Counted from the first letter of the stretch, positions 1 through 14,670 are shown. The stretch is DNA of 64,000 bases from Heptranchias perlo (GCF_035084215.1 NC_090339.1:34286001-34350000); one strand, 5' to 3'. Notes: generated by a model not told the origin, from the letters alone. Numbers and translations: made by a program.

Positions 1-898
1 AGAAGAGTAAAATAATCAAATTTATTTATGTTTGACATGCACCTCCATTAAATTGTATCCTCACTCACCACAAATATGTTTTGTTTTCTGATTCTCACCC
101 CACAGTTCAAATCCAGCAACAGCCGCAATCAAACACTTTAAGGATGAGATGGTGTGGGTGGTCCAACATCATCTCCAATGGCATTCACATGGCCTCCCTG
201 ACCTGAATCCTAATATTCCTAATGATTTAATATGCTCTGGCCTTTCTTAATTGGGGAGATTCTCAGCTACATGCAGCAGGCTTCCTTATTCCTGATTAGT
301 GAGATTCACAAGACTGTCTGCCCAGGGCCCTTCTCCACTAACTTTCAACTGACTCCTAAAATCAGTTCTAACTACCCTCTCAACATTTATAAATATTTTT
401 TTGTGGCACAGCTAATGAGCTCAGAAATATATTCTTTGCACTCAGCTTGCAAACATTAATTATTTGAACTACTTTTCAATAATCAACTGATAAAATGTCA
501 TTATCAAAATTCTGAATGATCATCATTACACTTCCTGAATTAGTGAGTAATTTGCAGGAATAAATTGCTAAACACTACAGATGATGTCACCCTCCTGACT
601 GAACTGCTATCCCTGACAGCCTTTATCTTTGTATAGAAACTAAAAAGCATCTCAGCAGCAATGAGGATTTGTGAATTCTCAGCATAACATCATTTATTCC
701 ACTAGTTGTGTTAGGGAACTTTTTAAACTACCTATTTCTTGATGTTTGACTTTTGAAGTGTAATTATCTCATGGTGTAAGCTTGTGGAAACTTAGAAAAT
801 TCTGTAACAACATTTACTCTATATCACTGTTTTTATACTGGGATAAAGAATCTTTAACATTGAGAATAGTTCCACAGTCACAGATGAATTTAGTCTCT

Positions 899-1666
899 GG
901 GAGTGATTTTCAACACTTGTCTTGGGCGGGCAATGGGTGTAGCGAATCTCATTAATCAGGAACAAGGAAGCTCGCTGAGAATCTCCCCAATCAAGAAAGG
1001 CCAGGCTATATTAAATCTTTAAGAATATTAGAATTCAGGTCAGGGAGGCCATGTTAAAGCTTTTGGAGATGATGTTTACCACCCACAGTAGTGTGAGGCC
1101 TGAACCATTATTGGGATTGGACCTCATTTGCATTGGGTTGACAAGCTGCTGAGTGCTCAATAAATGCTGACGGGCAGCTCACTGATTTGAGGATTGCAGG
1201 AAATCCAGTGGCTCCATTGTGGAGCCAAGCTGGAAGAAAACTGTAAAAGGGGAAAGGGAGAGGCACACCATTGTGGCCCACTGAACGGTCAGTAGCGGAT
1301 CACAGTATTTTTGTGTGGCCAGAAGGAGAATTCCTGGCCCCACAAAAACACATGGAAAATTTTTTAGTGGCCATTTTGTGAGCAGCCTCCTTTAAGGACC
1401 GCTGGTAGATCACTCAACACCTAGTACCAATGGGCGGAATGTGCGTGGCAATTGGTACTGAAAATTGCCAAAATAGTCATACAATCGACATAGGTCCCCG
1501 ATTTGCATATTCAAGGAGGCTTTCTCCTGTTTCAGGAGGGAGTGCTGGCAACCCATTTCCAGGCTTGCCTGAAAATCACATCACATCAATTTTTATAAGA
1601 TTATCAACTACTAACCACCTTATTTTCCAGCGTTAACAGGGTGGATTGTTGCTGAAAATTACCCTC
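899..1666. mobile_element. Non-autonomous Harbinger-type DNA element (imperfect TIRs)
   Basis: Left end GGGAGTGATTTTCAAC versus reverse complement of right end GAGGGTAATTTTCAGC (12/16 match); internal ATTTGCAT motifs; no coding capacity. Confidence 0.4.
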
Positions 1667-1681
1667 TGTTTCTGAATAGAT

Positions 1682-2775
1682 CTTTTTTTAAAAATTTGTT
1701 CATGGGATGTGGGCGTCGCTGGTGAGGCCAGCATTTATTGCCCATCCCTAATTGCCCTTGAGAAGGTGGTGGTGAGCCGCCTTCTTGAAATGCTGCAGTT
1801 CATGTGGTAAAGGTTCTCCGACAGTGCTGTTAGGAAGGGAGTTCCAGGATTTTGACCCAGCGACGATGAAGGAACGGCGATATATTTCCAATTCGGGATG
1901 GTGTGTGACTTGGAGGGGAAAGTGCAGGTGGTGTTGTTCCCATGTGCCTGCTGCTCTTGTCCTTCTAGGTGGTAGAGGTCGCGGGTTTGGGAGGTGCTGT
2001 CGAAGAAGCCTTGGCGAGTTGCTGCAGTGCATCCTGTGGATGGTACACACTGCAGCCACGGTGCGCCAGTGGTGAAGGGAGTGAATGTTTAGGGTGGTGG
2101 ATGGGGTGTCAATCAAGCGGGCTGCTTTGTCCTGGATGGTGTCGAGCTTCTTGAGTGTTGTTGGAGCTGCACTCATCCAGGCAAGTGGAGAGTATTCCAT
2201 CACACTCCTGACTTGTGCCTTGTAGATGGTGGAAAGGCTTTGGGGAGTCAGGAGGTGAGTCACTCGCCACAGAATACCCAGCCTCTGACCTGCTCTTGTA
2301 GCCACAGTATTTATATGGCTGGTCCAGTTAAGTTTCTGGTCAATGGTGGCCCCCAGGATGTTGATGGTGGGGGATTCGGCGATGGTAAGGCTGTTGAATG
2401 TCAAGGGGAGGTGGTTAGACTCTCTCTTGTTAGAGATGGTCATTGCCTGGCACTTGTCTGGCGCAAATGTTACTTGCCACTTATGAGCCCAAGCCTGGAT
2501 GTTGTCCAGGTCTTGCTGCATGCGAGCTTGGACTCCTTCATTATCTGAGGGGTTGCAAATGGAACTGAACACTGTGCAATCATTAGCGAACATCCCCATT
2601 TCTGACCTTATGATGGAGGGAAAGTCATTGATGAAGCAGCTGAAGATGGTTGGGCCTAGGACACTGCCCTGAGGAACTCCTGCAGCAATGTCCTGGGGCT
2701 GAGATGATTGGCCTCCAACAACCACTACCATCTTCCTTTGTGCTAGGTATGACTCCAGCCACTGGAGAGTTTTCC
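1682..2775 (-). mobile_element. 5'-truncated non-LTR retrotransposon, family B (CR1/L2-group, Crack/Daphne-like), RT C-terminal half plus 3' UTR
   Basis: ORF 1748-2950 contains [10 protein letters not shown] and FANDC (FADD-like) RT motifs and ends AAHHHLLKGN; 3' UTR GCAATAAATGCTGG...CCCACATCCCATGAAC plus A-rich tail is shared with copies at 43-45 kb, 55 kb and 63 kb. Confidence 0.9.
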
Positions 2776-3039
2776 TTGGTGTCCATCCACCCAATTCACA
2801 ACAATCTCTCTCACCTATTTTTTTTTTGCTTTCTCTCTCTATTACTGTCCCTTGCTCTTTCTTTTTAGGCTCCCTATCTCTACTTCTGTCATTTGCTCTC
2901 GTTTTGCTCCCTGTTTCTATCTCTATATTTTCCCGGATGTTTCTCAGCAAAACTGCACATTTTTGGGTGGTTGAGAGGCATAAAGGCAGAGTAAAATCCA
3001 GTAGTTTGAGGTACTAGCACAAACCTACCTCAAAAAATA

Positions 3040-4605
3040 GCTGCCAAGATTTTCTTCCCAGAAAAATATCAGTTCCAATTATCACCTGCCCAGTCACATG
3101 TAAATGGAGGTGGGTGGAAGTGGCCAAGCTCTTCGTGCCATTTCTCCCACTTAGTGCCCCACTCAGAAGCCAATTCAATGCCACTGTAAAACTGGCATTA
3201 TCAGCAGTACAACAATATCCCAGAGGCAGATTCTGCATAGAGAAGATCATTTTTGGTTAACTTTGTGAATCTTTCTAGAACTTTTCCAGAAGAGTGATTT
3301 TTGGTTGTTTGGGCTGTACAACTTCAGCAGAATACTCCTGCCATTTTAATGTGTGTTCTGTTCGAACAAATTTAAATTTTGGAGTGGGTAGATGGACTTC
3401 CCTATGGAAATTCTTCTCTTTGTGTGCCATGAAGAGGAGGAGGATCCAAAAGAAGCTAGAATAAAGAATCTTAGAGTGAAACATCACAGAAGACATTTGT
3501 TTTCAACCCATAGGCACCCACGTCACAGGACTTACAGACCTTGAAGGGTTTACTTAGATTTTTTGGCCCATTGGTGTCGCGGAAGACTGCACTTCTGTCT
3601 GGAGGCTACTGGGGAGTTATGCCAGCTGCTGGCCGACAACATGCATCCCACATCCACAAGGAGCACAGAATTATTTGTAATGGTGAAAGTTACCACTGCA
3701 TTGATTTTCTTTTTGCCATTGGATCTTTCCAGGCAGCTTTGGGTGATCTTTGTCACATTAGTCACCACTGTATAAAGTAGGTCATTGATGCTCTGTTCAG
3801 ACTGGCTTCCCAATTTTTTATTTTCCCATAGAACATGCAAAACAAAGAGACATGGTAGTGTAATTCTACAGACTAGCAGGGTTCTCACAGGTTCAGGGAT
3901 TAATTGACTACGCACATGTGGCATTGAAAATCCCCTATAACAAACCCCACAACTTGATTAATAGGAAGGGATTTCATTCAATTAACTTCCTGATAGTCTT
4001 TGATGCCAATCACCTTATCTTATCTTATAATGACAGGAATTTGTCATTACGACTTCAAGGAGACCTACATTCCCAGAAGCTGCTGACCATTATCTCAATT
4101 TAGAAAACTCACAATCTCACAGTTGAACAACTCAGTTCATTAAGTAGAAAGAATCTAGAAAAATTAACTCTGAACTCTATGTGGCAAAACCATTCTTACT
4201 TTAGAAATCTTTTCATAATGAAAAAAAGTCAAACATTCTAACTATACCTTCTGCTTACAACCATATCTCCCCCGTGCGCCTGCTAATTTACTTACTCAAG
4301 CTCCTAATCTTCTAATTCTACAAGGTGCTCCCTGAGTGATAAGAAGTTGAGAGGTGAGTGGCTGGGATGGTTACCTGGAACCTTTGAAGACTGAGTTGAC
4401 ATTTGTCTCAGTGAAGCTGCTGTCCCTGAGGGACCTACTTCAAGTAGTCCTTCTTTTGGAATATCATGGGGTGTCAGGCCCTGGTCTGAAGCTCCCTTAT
4501 GTGCTGGCATTGGAGGAAGTCAATGAAAATTAAAAATCGGGCAGTTTCTATAATGGGTGCCCGATCCACAGCACCAGTTTTACGGCAAGTTAAAAATCTA
4601 CCCCC
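3040..4605 (+). mobile_element. Decayed Harbinger transposon (nuclease fragment at ~3500-4030)
   Basis: Frameshifted pieces RLHFCLEATGELCQLL, VKVTTAL, GSFQAALGDLCHIS, INRKGFHSIN..VFDA typical of HARBI1-type DDE nucleases; TIR-like right end TTAAAAATCTACCCCC. Boundaries approximate. Confidence 0.7.
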
Positions 4606-5599
4606 TCCTGTATTTCTGCAAGTAAAAAAAGAGGTCTGAGTGATTAGGTAGTTAAGATGTTAATGAACTAGCTTTGATGTTGTTTCCTCCTAGACTGCGA
4701 ATAATAAGCAATTTGTTGCTTGTTTCTGTTAATGATAAACAATTCACTGCCATTGTGTGGGAGCTTTTTGATCTCTTTCTGAATGAGAACAATCAGGAAT
4801 AAGGTACAGTTATAGATACCTATGAGGCAGTCTAGCTTTTGCAACAGAGAGATTGCTGAGGCAGAAAGGCCTCAGAAATGGTAGGTTCAGAAAACTCAGA
4901 ATGCAGACAAGTTAGTCTATTAAGTTAAGCAAGACAACCCAATGAAGTGGGGTAGTATAAAGTGTTCATTATTTTTCTGTGATCACGCTATGACAATTTG
5001 TATTGGTGGAAATAAGCAAATTTGAACAGATCAATTGCTCTATCAGTTTACCTTACTGTGAATAAAGCAGCTTACTGATTCAAAGCAAGCATCGCCTCCC
5101 CTAATATCAATTCATTCCACCTTCAGAGAAATTGAAGAAATGCACTTGTGAAAGATACGAGGTTCTGGTCCAGAACACAAAGGGGCGCTATTGTAACATT
5201 CTGGTTTATTTTACTGTACAAGTAGATAAGAGCAGGGTGAACCAATTTCCATAAAAGTAAGATGCTCAGACCACTTAAGAGAGCTACTGTTGCCACTGAA
5301 ACTGAGAAAGTACCTACAGCAGACTTGAATTTGTAACACCTATATCGAGTGGGCCTTGCACTCTGGGCCATTTGACACTGCTGGACATCAACATTTAAAG
5401 GAAGACCCATGATTAGTGAGTAATGGAATTTGAAAGTACAATTTGAAAGGAGATTTGTAGTACAGGTTATTTTTACTGCTCTTTTAATGCCAGGTTATTT
5501 TTCTAGGCTTTGGAACAAGAGATTTGACTGAAATACTTTTAGTTACATCGTATAATTTACAACATTGGTATTCCAATGGAATTTCCATTATATTTGTGT

Positions 5600-8500
5600 T
5601 ATTTGGAGAAAGAGAAAGAGGAGGAAAAGGGGATAACAAATAAGTGAGATTACATCTGAGATGGACTGCCTGTGCCTGCCATTATCCACGAATCTATATG
5701 TACAGGCAGAGCCCTACCTAACTTGGCATATCTGAGGAAAACTATCTTTACAGGCAGTGCTTCATTAGAGAGTTGTGTTGTCTACTAAAATTGACCTGCA
5801 GCCGACCTCTACCATGGGGGCAGCACAATCAGTAGATTTCAAGCTCACGAAACTGTGAACTTTTATGCATTTGCTTCATTCCAAGCTGCCATAAGGGACA
5901 TCAGCAATATCTTTCAATCTGCCATTCACAGACATATCAAGCAGGTGTCTGACGCATTGTTTGCCAAAACAAATAGTTTTGGTATTCCTCACAAGGACAG
6001 CAGACAGCAGAATGAGAAGGCAAAACATATTTTGGGAAGGGAGGATTCCCCAAAGTCTCAGATATCATTGGTGGCAGCCATGAGGCCCTACAAAACCCTG
6101 CACATAATCTCTTTGCCTTCATGAACAACAAGGGCTTCCACTTTATCAATGTTCAGGTATTCTGTGACCATAAAAATAGGATCATGCAACTCCCAGCAGT
6201 CATGATACCCTCATTTTACACCAGTCCACCATTATTTGCTGATACAGAGTAAGTCATGGGTTGTATCTTGGGCAACCACTGCTGCCTTGGGTTATAACCT
6301 CTCTGTGGCATCCCTGCACAAATACAATGAAGTTCATACCATTATCAAGCAAACCAAAGTCATGCAAAAGCAATGCTGCTAGTGCATTTACAGATCTAAC
6401 AGTATAACCCAGAATTTTCCAGCATCATAGTCTGCTGCATTATCCATACCATCATAGTTGAAAGAGGCATCTACATGAAGCTTGCAAAAAGAGGCCTCAG
6501 AAGAACAGCTGGGGTACAGGCTGAGAAGCCCGAGGAACCAGATGAAGCAACAGCACAAGAACCTTTGGCAACTGCAAGAGCTACTCATCAGATCTTAATG
6601 TAGAAACTTTCTCATAAAGGCTCCAAAAACCCTTACAAGTTCTCCCAGCATCTTCCCAATCCTCTTCAATAAATCAAAATCTCCAACATTAGGATGATCA
6701 CTCTACTTACCTGTTTGCACATTTGTTTCCCCAGCCCCACAAATAAAACTGTGCAAACACTGCCAATACCATGCGACCATCATTTATTAAAAAACGTGGT
6801 GTCCCTAAAATTAGTTCCTACTACCACGGTGCTTCCCCTTCCTATCGGTAGTATGTGGACTACTCAACTATATAATCTGGATCTTCCTCTTCGTGCAATC
6901 TCCGTGGCAGCTGTGTATCTGTGAGTGGCTCCTGGGCTCCAGGTGGCTTTTGAGCTCTATGAGCATGGCTCCAAGATGAGTCAGTTTCAGGCTGCTACTG
7001 TTCTTCAGGGATGAAGACAGCTTAATACTGCCCACTTTCTGGAACGTGTTAAGGAGTGGCAGATCATCCATTGCCAGGTCTTGTCTGTCCCTGTATTGCA
7101 GATATTGCTGGAGCAGCCCCTCCAATGTTGCCTGCATGCTTTTGATCCTGTGCATTAGAACATCACACATGTGAGTTGTGGAATCCTCCAAACTTGCCAC
7201 CATATGTTGAAAGCTTCTAGACGAGGTCCAAATGATTCTCTCTTGCTTCAAAAGCCTGCCTTCCAAGGCTATGGATGGAGGTGACCTCACCCTCCAGCCA
7301 GGTGCTTTCTGCTCCTCCTGGGTTACTACCAGTTGTTCCTGCACACTTTGTTCTGTGGATCACACAGTGGGTTGCCTCACATTGACTGTCTAAATCCCCT
7401 GGGTGGATGGCTGCGTGCTGGTTCTGGGCAGAGTAAAATTGAGTCACATGGTGTCAGGTGAGGTTCTGGAAGAGTCCAAGGCCTAAGCCAGCTACTTCTG
7501 CCATACCTGCAAGGATAGAAAGAAAAGGCGTGTTAAGAACATGTCCTGGTAGCAGTTTATCAACTAGCTGTCTTTTTCTATCAGCAGGCTCGGAGCTGCT
7601 TATATATACTTACGTATGCAAGCTTATTTGTCATTGATTCTATGACTGAATAGGATGGAATTTAAAGTGTTATACGAACTCTGATCTGGGGCCATGCCCC
7701 CTGCTTCTCCATTTCTTGCCTCCTCCTCCTCCTCCTCCAAATCATATTGGATGGCCTATTCCTCAAATGGAGCCAGAAGATGCAAAGTTGCTGTTCCCCT
7801 TCAAGTTGCAGATATCTACCTCCTATAATGATCTGCTTTCTCCTAATAGAAGCACACATTGATTGTGAAATTGACAGCATGGAATCTTCAAATCCCCCCG
7901 CCTAACTCCCCCATGTGCTCTCCACAGGTTGTGAAGACAGAAATATATAGCTTGCAGGCACTGATCATGGAAAGAGTTGCCAGAGGATTGTTATGGGCTA
8001 AAGGAAATGTTCTGCTAAACGAAATGGACCTGGACAAAGTGAAAAGTGTTGTGTCATGAGCACAGTTTAGGAAGATGGAGAGAAAGTGAAGGAATGCATG
8101 GTAAGATGGAAGAGATTATGATATTAATAGTTGATATAGTGCATAAATATGAGTTGACATTGCAGGATTCTATCTTGCCCCTCCTGGTAAGGCCATTGAT
8201 TTTTTTCTGGCACTGCAGCCACATCTTCTGGACCGTGCTGGTGTTAATAATGCTGTTTACCGCCTCTTCACCCTACCACTTAGAAACCCTTTGGCCATTT
8301 TGGGGAAATATGATACCTTATGAAATGCACGTCCTGCAGCAAAATTCCTATACTGTTATCCTCAAAACAGGGAGCCCTGCTTCTTCCTACCCTGCTGCCA
8401 GGTATCTCAGCCAACACCCAAACAACAATGCATCTTTAAATTTCTGCAAGCAGCACAAGAACGTCCTCTCCTTATTGGTCATATACCCAATCTCAGGTGC

Positions 8501-8603
8501 TACTCACCCAGTGCATGTCCATTGTTTGTTAATGGCCTGAACCCAGAAATATGGGCAGGTCGAGGTCTATTGAAGTCGGGCACATTTGGTCAGTGCAGAA
8601 TTT
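5600..8603. mobile_element. Old two-gene Harbinger: nuclease on + (~5660-6600), Myb/SANT gene on - (~6800-8360)
   Basis: + strand VNFYAFASFQAAIRDISNIFQSAIHRHIKQVSDALF and NKGFHFINVQVFCD; - strand MWLQCQKKINGLTRRGK at ~8176-8224 (Myb/SANT-like); convergent layout as in the 37.5-41.4 kb element. Confidence 0.7.
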
Positions 8604-8619
8604 GAGTTGCACGAGTGGA

Positions 8620-9548
8620 GGAATTTCAAAATTTGAGGATGACACAAAACTTGGAAGTGTAGTGAACAGTGAGGAGGATAGTGATAGACTTCAAGAGGAC
8701 ATAGACAGGCTGGTGGAATGGGCGGACACATGGCAGATGAAATTTAACGCAGAAAAGTGTGAAGTTATACATTTTGGTAGGAAGAATGAGGAGAGGAATT
8801 AGAAACTAAAGGGTACAATTCTAAAAGGGGGTACAGGAACAGGGGGACCTGGGGGTATATGTGCACAAATCGTTGAAGGTGGTAGGGCAGGTTGAGAAAG
8901 CGGTTAAAAAGGCATACGGGATCCTAGGCTTTATAAATAGAGGCATAGAGTATAAAAGCAAGGAAGTTAAAATGAACCTTTATAAAACACTGGTTCAGCC
9001 ACAGCTGGAATATTGTGTCCAATTCTGGGCAGCACACTTTAGGAAGGATGAGAAGGTGTTAGAGAGGGTGCAAAAAAGATTTACTAGAATGGTTCCAGGG
9101 ATGAAGGACTTCAGTTACTTGGATAGAGTGGAGAAGCTGGGGTTGTTCTCCTTAGAGCAGAGTAGGTTGAGAGGAGATTTGATAGAAGTATTCAAAATCA
9201 TGACGAGTCTAGGCAGAGTAGATCGAGAGAAACTGTTCCCATTGGCGGAAGGGTCAAGAACCAGAGGACATAGATTTAAAGTGATTGGCAAAAGAACCAA
9301 GGGCAACATGAGGAAAAACTTCTTTACACAGCGAGTGGTTGTGATGTGCAATACACTGCCTGAGGAGGTGGTGGAGGCAGATTCAATCATGGCTTTCAAA
9401 AGGGAATTAGACAACTACTTGAAGGGAAAAAATTTGCAGGGCTATGGGGAAAGGGTGGGGGATTGGGACTAGCTGGATTGCTCTTGCAGAGAGCCGGCAC
9501 AGGCTCGACAGGCCGAATGGCCTCCTTCTGAGCTGTAACCATTCTATG
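8620..9548 (+). mobile_element. 5'-truncated CR1 LINE (RT C-terminus plus 3' UTR)
   Basis: KFEDDTKLG, YKTLVQPQLEYCVQFW, TRGHRFKV motifs; CR1-type tail GGCCGAATGGCCTCCTTCTG...CATTCTATG. Confidence 0.92.
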
Positions 9549-12500
9549 AGGGGCAGGATAATCAGGCCCTTACAGTTCCCCATTATCATAGCCCTATTAC
9601 GTTTACAATGTAGCCCTACTACAGCCTGGAGCTAGGTCATTTTTCCATTTGAATGGTGTGTGGTTGTGAATTACCTGGTAAGATAATCAAATGAGTAAAT
9701 GTACATTATGGGGCTGATACCTAAGGTCGTGATGCATACTGCTAAGACTGCAGTTTCTCAGGCACTGTGTGCACCTGTGCCCCACACAGCTGACCTCGCA
9801 CCACAATGCAAGTTTAGCTGATTTAAATATTTTTTGTGATGCACTTAGTGTATGATGTGCTGGAAGCACCACATGAGTCAAGGACTGAATTATCAGGGAC
9901 CAGTAGCTATTAAAGAGCTACCGACTACCCTTAAAACGATGGTTAGTTTTGGGGGGAGGCAAAAAATGGGGTTGGAGCATAACATTCTCCTTGAAGGATC
10001 AGTCTTTGGGGGCCATGCAGTCGGAGGGCCAGGAACAACAGGAGGCCTCATGGAAAAAGGTGTAATTATAGGCCCTCCTTGAGGTTGTTGAGTAACTCAA
10101 AAGATTTCCGGACAATCCAGCTGGATTGTTCTAACTTGAATAAATTCTGGGGCCTTCAAAAGTCTTATGCATAGTCGGTGTGCAGACTATTTGCACTCAA
10201 AGTGCTTGTGGCCTGCATTGTTCTGTGCTGTAGGCCTCAGGCCTCAGCACCCCATCATATGGGTGTCTCTTATCAGCCTCTATATGTTAGATATTTGAAA
10301 TACATGTTAAATATGTTACAATTATTCAAAACAAATATAAATTCACAAATGTGTGGCTGTGCTCTTCACTGCTAAAGGTAAATAATTTGTTATATTTGAC
10401 ATGTTGATGGCTGGACTTTCTGTTATCTTCCACCTGAACATAGGCACTTCCTGCTACTTGTACTAGCTGTAAGGCAGTTTAGGAAGGATTATGTTAATGA
10501 TACGTGTCTTTCTGAACGGCCACAGGCCGTGAATAAAACCCAGTGGGAAACCAAGCTTGCTTGCAAAAAAGCATTCATACTCAGCCAACCTCTCAGGGAC
10601 CCATTCTCCTCCTCTTTTCACTTGTTTTCTGGCTGTGACACAATGTAAAACCATTTGAGAAAACCACGTCTTGCACGTCACTCTGCACTACAAAACTACA
10701 AGCTTTAATGTTACTCCTAATGAGCTGGGGTCAGGGTTGAGCAAAATTGCCACTTAATCTGAACACAATCAGTTTCCTCATTCTGTAAGGAAGCAGTAAG
10801 TTGTTTGGCAGACACAGAGGCAGTGTCTCGCGTCATGTGCATGCGCAGATCAGCTGTTTACTCATTTTTGATTCAAGCACCATTCATTTACCATCTCAAA
10901 TATGGAGATGTTGGCAGATGCTTTCAAGCAGAGAAATCATTAAATAGTATTTAGTAACAAAAATTCAGTATATCAGAGCTGCAAACAAGATTGTCTAGAA
11001 AAATTAGAATGCTCATTATTATGTTAAAAACTAGTGAGGAAGGACACCCATATTGGGTATGTTAAAAGAACATAGAGGGCGATCTTCATGTATTGAATTA
11101 GGAAAAAATAATTAGATGGGATGATAATAAACAAAGGAAGTTGAATGAAAACATAACTTAAAAAATAACTTCTTCATGCTTAGAATCATTGATTTACAGA
11201 ATCAACCGCCCACTCAATACAATGAGCGCTGACTTCGTTTAAGCATTCAAAAAGGAATTAGATGAATTACTGATTTAGCTGGGAGTAGAGGAAAATGGAT
11301 TTGAGGTAATAAGAAAATAAAATATGGTCCAGTTGGTTCCTCAAAGATGTGAATGGCAGAGTAAGTTGGATGGCCTGCATGGCTTTTTCTTCTTCCTACA
11401 TTTTTGCTCTTATGTTTGAAGAGCCAATAGATATAGAGGCCAATTCTATTGTCACAGTGTTGAAGGACTGCCATTGGTGCAATGACCTCACCCTGCCCAA
11501 GTTCGCTAAGCCAGGTCATTTAGATGACTAGAATGCCTTCCCTGCGCACACTGGCCCAGGCGCAGGAAGCATTCTGATAGAAAGGGTGGGCTATGCAAAT
11601 AAAGAGGTGGCTATTTAAAGGAAAGTGGTAACATAGGGTGTTACAAGTTTGGGTCTTGCCTTAGACTTTCTCCCAAAGACAGCTGTGTCAGTAACTCCCC
11701 TAAGTCTGAATATCTTATGTTTATGGGGTATGCCTGTGCTGCCCAATACCTAACAATACAATGGCATAACCCAATGGCATAACCCAAGTATCCCCTTGTG
11801 ATCCAAACTGGATATTTGTGTCTTTCGCACATGTCACCACATGCCCCGCTCCAATCTATTCATAAGCAGATTGAGAAAACACTTGGTAAGACAAGGCCAG
11901 ATATGAATCATTAAGCTGCTTTAATTCGCAGCAAGTGATCATACAGAACAATAGTTATGATCGGACTCACTTAGTTCAATCAATTCAACTTGTCTTTGCA
12001 TAATAATTCCAAAATAGTGAACATGCAATACTTTCCCACATCAGTGGGTTATCTTGCTTGACTTAAATAAAATAACTTCTAACTGCCTTCCTGCATTCTA
12101 ATCTTCTGAGTCTGACAAAAAAGCTCGCCCTTGCAGCTTTCTGTTTAAAAATCTGACTGTCTATGTTTCTTCCTCTGTTTGGGGATGTGGTGAGCTGCTC
12201 ATTGGACATGACTGCCTCGTCGAGGTGGCAGATCTTCAGGTACAGGCAGCCCGTGGTAGAACCCAGGAGCTGCACCCAGCTAACGTCCGAGACGAAGCTG
12301 AGGGTGCACCCTGGCCTGCCAGATGGTGCATGTAGCCTCCCATGTGCCCCCCATGAGCAGGCAAGACACATAAGTCTATTTCACCCTGCATGACGTGTGG
12401 TGCAGACCTGCCTTCCAAACACCCTGTTTTCTCTGTGTGACTGAACACACTATCCCAGAATGAGTACCAGGACTCAGAAAAACAACATCTGGGAACTACA

Positions 12501-14670
12501 ATTCACCTTTGTGGCAGCAAAAGAAAATGACAAAGAAGACCTTACCAGTTAGATATACTTAAATTGGAGGCTGTAAAAGTGCAGCACAAACACAAGAAGG
12601 CTTCTTCCAAGCACAAGCAAGCTCAATGACAAAATGACGAGAAAGAAAAGGAATGTCAATGATAATGTGAGGTGCAGGACTGATGTGCTTGAACTGGCTG
12701 AGAGAGACTTATTGATTGGTAGACTGGTAAATAGGATCCAGTTAATCAGCCCATAACTCTTCTAATAAATCTAATTTTACACTAAATTTAAAGAAGCAGA
12801 CAACATTGATGGATTTTTACGGTGGGATAAAGAGGTTTTTGCAGAGAGAATAGTACTATTACTTAGTGGTAAAGTATTTTCCATGTGGATCAATGGACTA
12901 TATGGACTATGATATTATAAAATAATCGGTTATCACTACTTATCAGTTGATGTCAGAAACGTATAAAAAGAAATTGAATAGGTTATGGAAAGCTGAGGCT
13001 TGTACTCAGAACTAGCAATAAAAATGAAAGAGCTTTAGAAATTGTGGTTAGAGAGGAAGGATGTACCAGGTTATAAGTGAATGAGGCAATTAATGTTAAG
13101 AGATCATTTTTGGAAGCAGTTTAAGGGTATAATTGCTTGGACTGGAGTATACAACCTTGAGTCAGCTGGCACAGTGAGTCGATCATTTGTGCTCACAAGC
13201 GCAGGGAGGCCAAAGAGTTGGTGGGAAGGCAAGTGTCTCACACTGAACAATTGGCAGGAAACTCAGATCTAGATGATCAGCCTGCACCTTGTGAGCCTGT
13301 GCCAGTACAGTCTGGCAGCTCATGGGGCACTGCCACAGAAGTTAACTGTTACACAGTAATGGGGAGTAATTTTGGAAACATGGTCAAATGTGATCTGATT
13401 CTGTCAATGCTAACATATCAAATTACCACATATTAATGCACACTTTTAATGTGCGTTAGCTCTAATGCAAAGAGGAATTTCCAACCCCAGAGATTGAGAA
13501 AAGAGAGAGAAAAAGACAGCCAGACATTGGCAGAGACTGAGAGAGAAACAAAGCGACAAGACAGACAGGCAGGGATAAAGACAGAAAAATAAAGAAAAAG
13601 AGACACAGGAGGGACGGAGAAAGAAACAAATAGGCACTGACATGGAAAGAAAGACAACGACATGCTCCATGTAAATTATTGAAACTATTTACAATATCAG
13701 TTTCTAATTGACATGAGATAAAGCACAATATATCAGAATAGATTTTTGTAGAGTTTCCCGATTGTACAGAGTCTACATTTGAAAGGAGTAAGATGCAATA
13801 AGTGAAAATAAAGAGGTTTTTGTTTTGCTGTGAAACGAAGGCTGAGATGAGCAAGATGTGTGTCACAAAACTGGCAGTCAGTCAAACAAAGCTGAAAGAG
13901 ATTGTTTTTTCTTGAGAATCCACAAGAATCAGGGCTGTTTACACAGCCTCGTGTGGACAGGATATTGATTCACTCTCACCAACTGCAGTCTGGAACATAC
14001 TGACTTCATCCATCTATAAACCAATCAGAAATCAAGACACAGTCGCCAGCCACTGATCCCAACCCAGCAGCTCTGATGATATCATGGGACTATAGGCAGA
14101 GTCAAACAGTGAACTCTGTTACAGAAACATTTTCAGGAAACATCTCCAAGTCACCAGTAGTGCCTCAGATTGGGGCATATGTGACATTATCAGTTGACTA
14201 ATGCTGTGTTTGTGCCTTGACCATAAAAAACAGAAATTTTAGTGCAGGAGGAGACAATTTGGCTGTCTTGCTTGTCTCTTGGGGATGGATTTAACACAAT
14301 CCAATTTTCCTGCTTTCTTGCCATACCCTTTTATAATTAAAAATCCCATTCGTCTCTTTAATTACTTTTTAAAACCTGTTCACATACCTTATATTGATTT
14401 ATGTATCTTGCTCTTCCATTACAAAATTTACCATTTAAAGTATCTTTTCATTCTTTTAAAGTATTATCTCACATTTTTCTTTATAATTGAATGCTATAAT
14501 TGATTTAGCATCGATCAGATTTTGTGCCTAAACATTCCATATTCTACTAAGTCAGAGTGAAAAAGTTTTTTCTAACTCGCCCCTAGTGCTTAAACTGAGG
14601 CCAGAGAACGAAACAGCAACACAATTATAGCAGACACAGGTGCGAGAGAGACTACATTCTCTGACATACT

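Noticed and set aside
1748-2950. 400-aa ORF as a novel chimeric RT protein with a charged N-terminus
   Set aside because: The first ~58 residues come from CT-rich flanking DNA that happens to be open past the LINE truncation point (~2775); TTG start, no promoter evidence.
13490-13660. Overlapping hydrophobic ORFs over a GA-rich tract (also 62080-62739)
   Set aside because: Low-complexity purine/pyrimidine tracts lacking stops by composition; no domain or splice support.
13920-13957. Nested hairpin TCCACA..GGCTGT-TTAC-ACAGCC..TGTGGA
   Set aside because: Short stems expected by chance; no recognisable RNA family motif.
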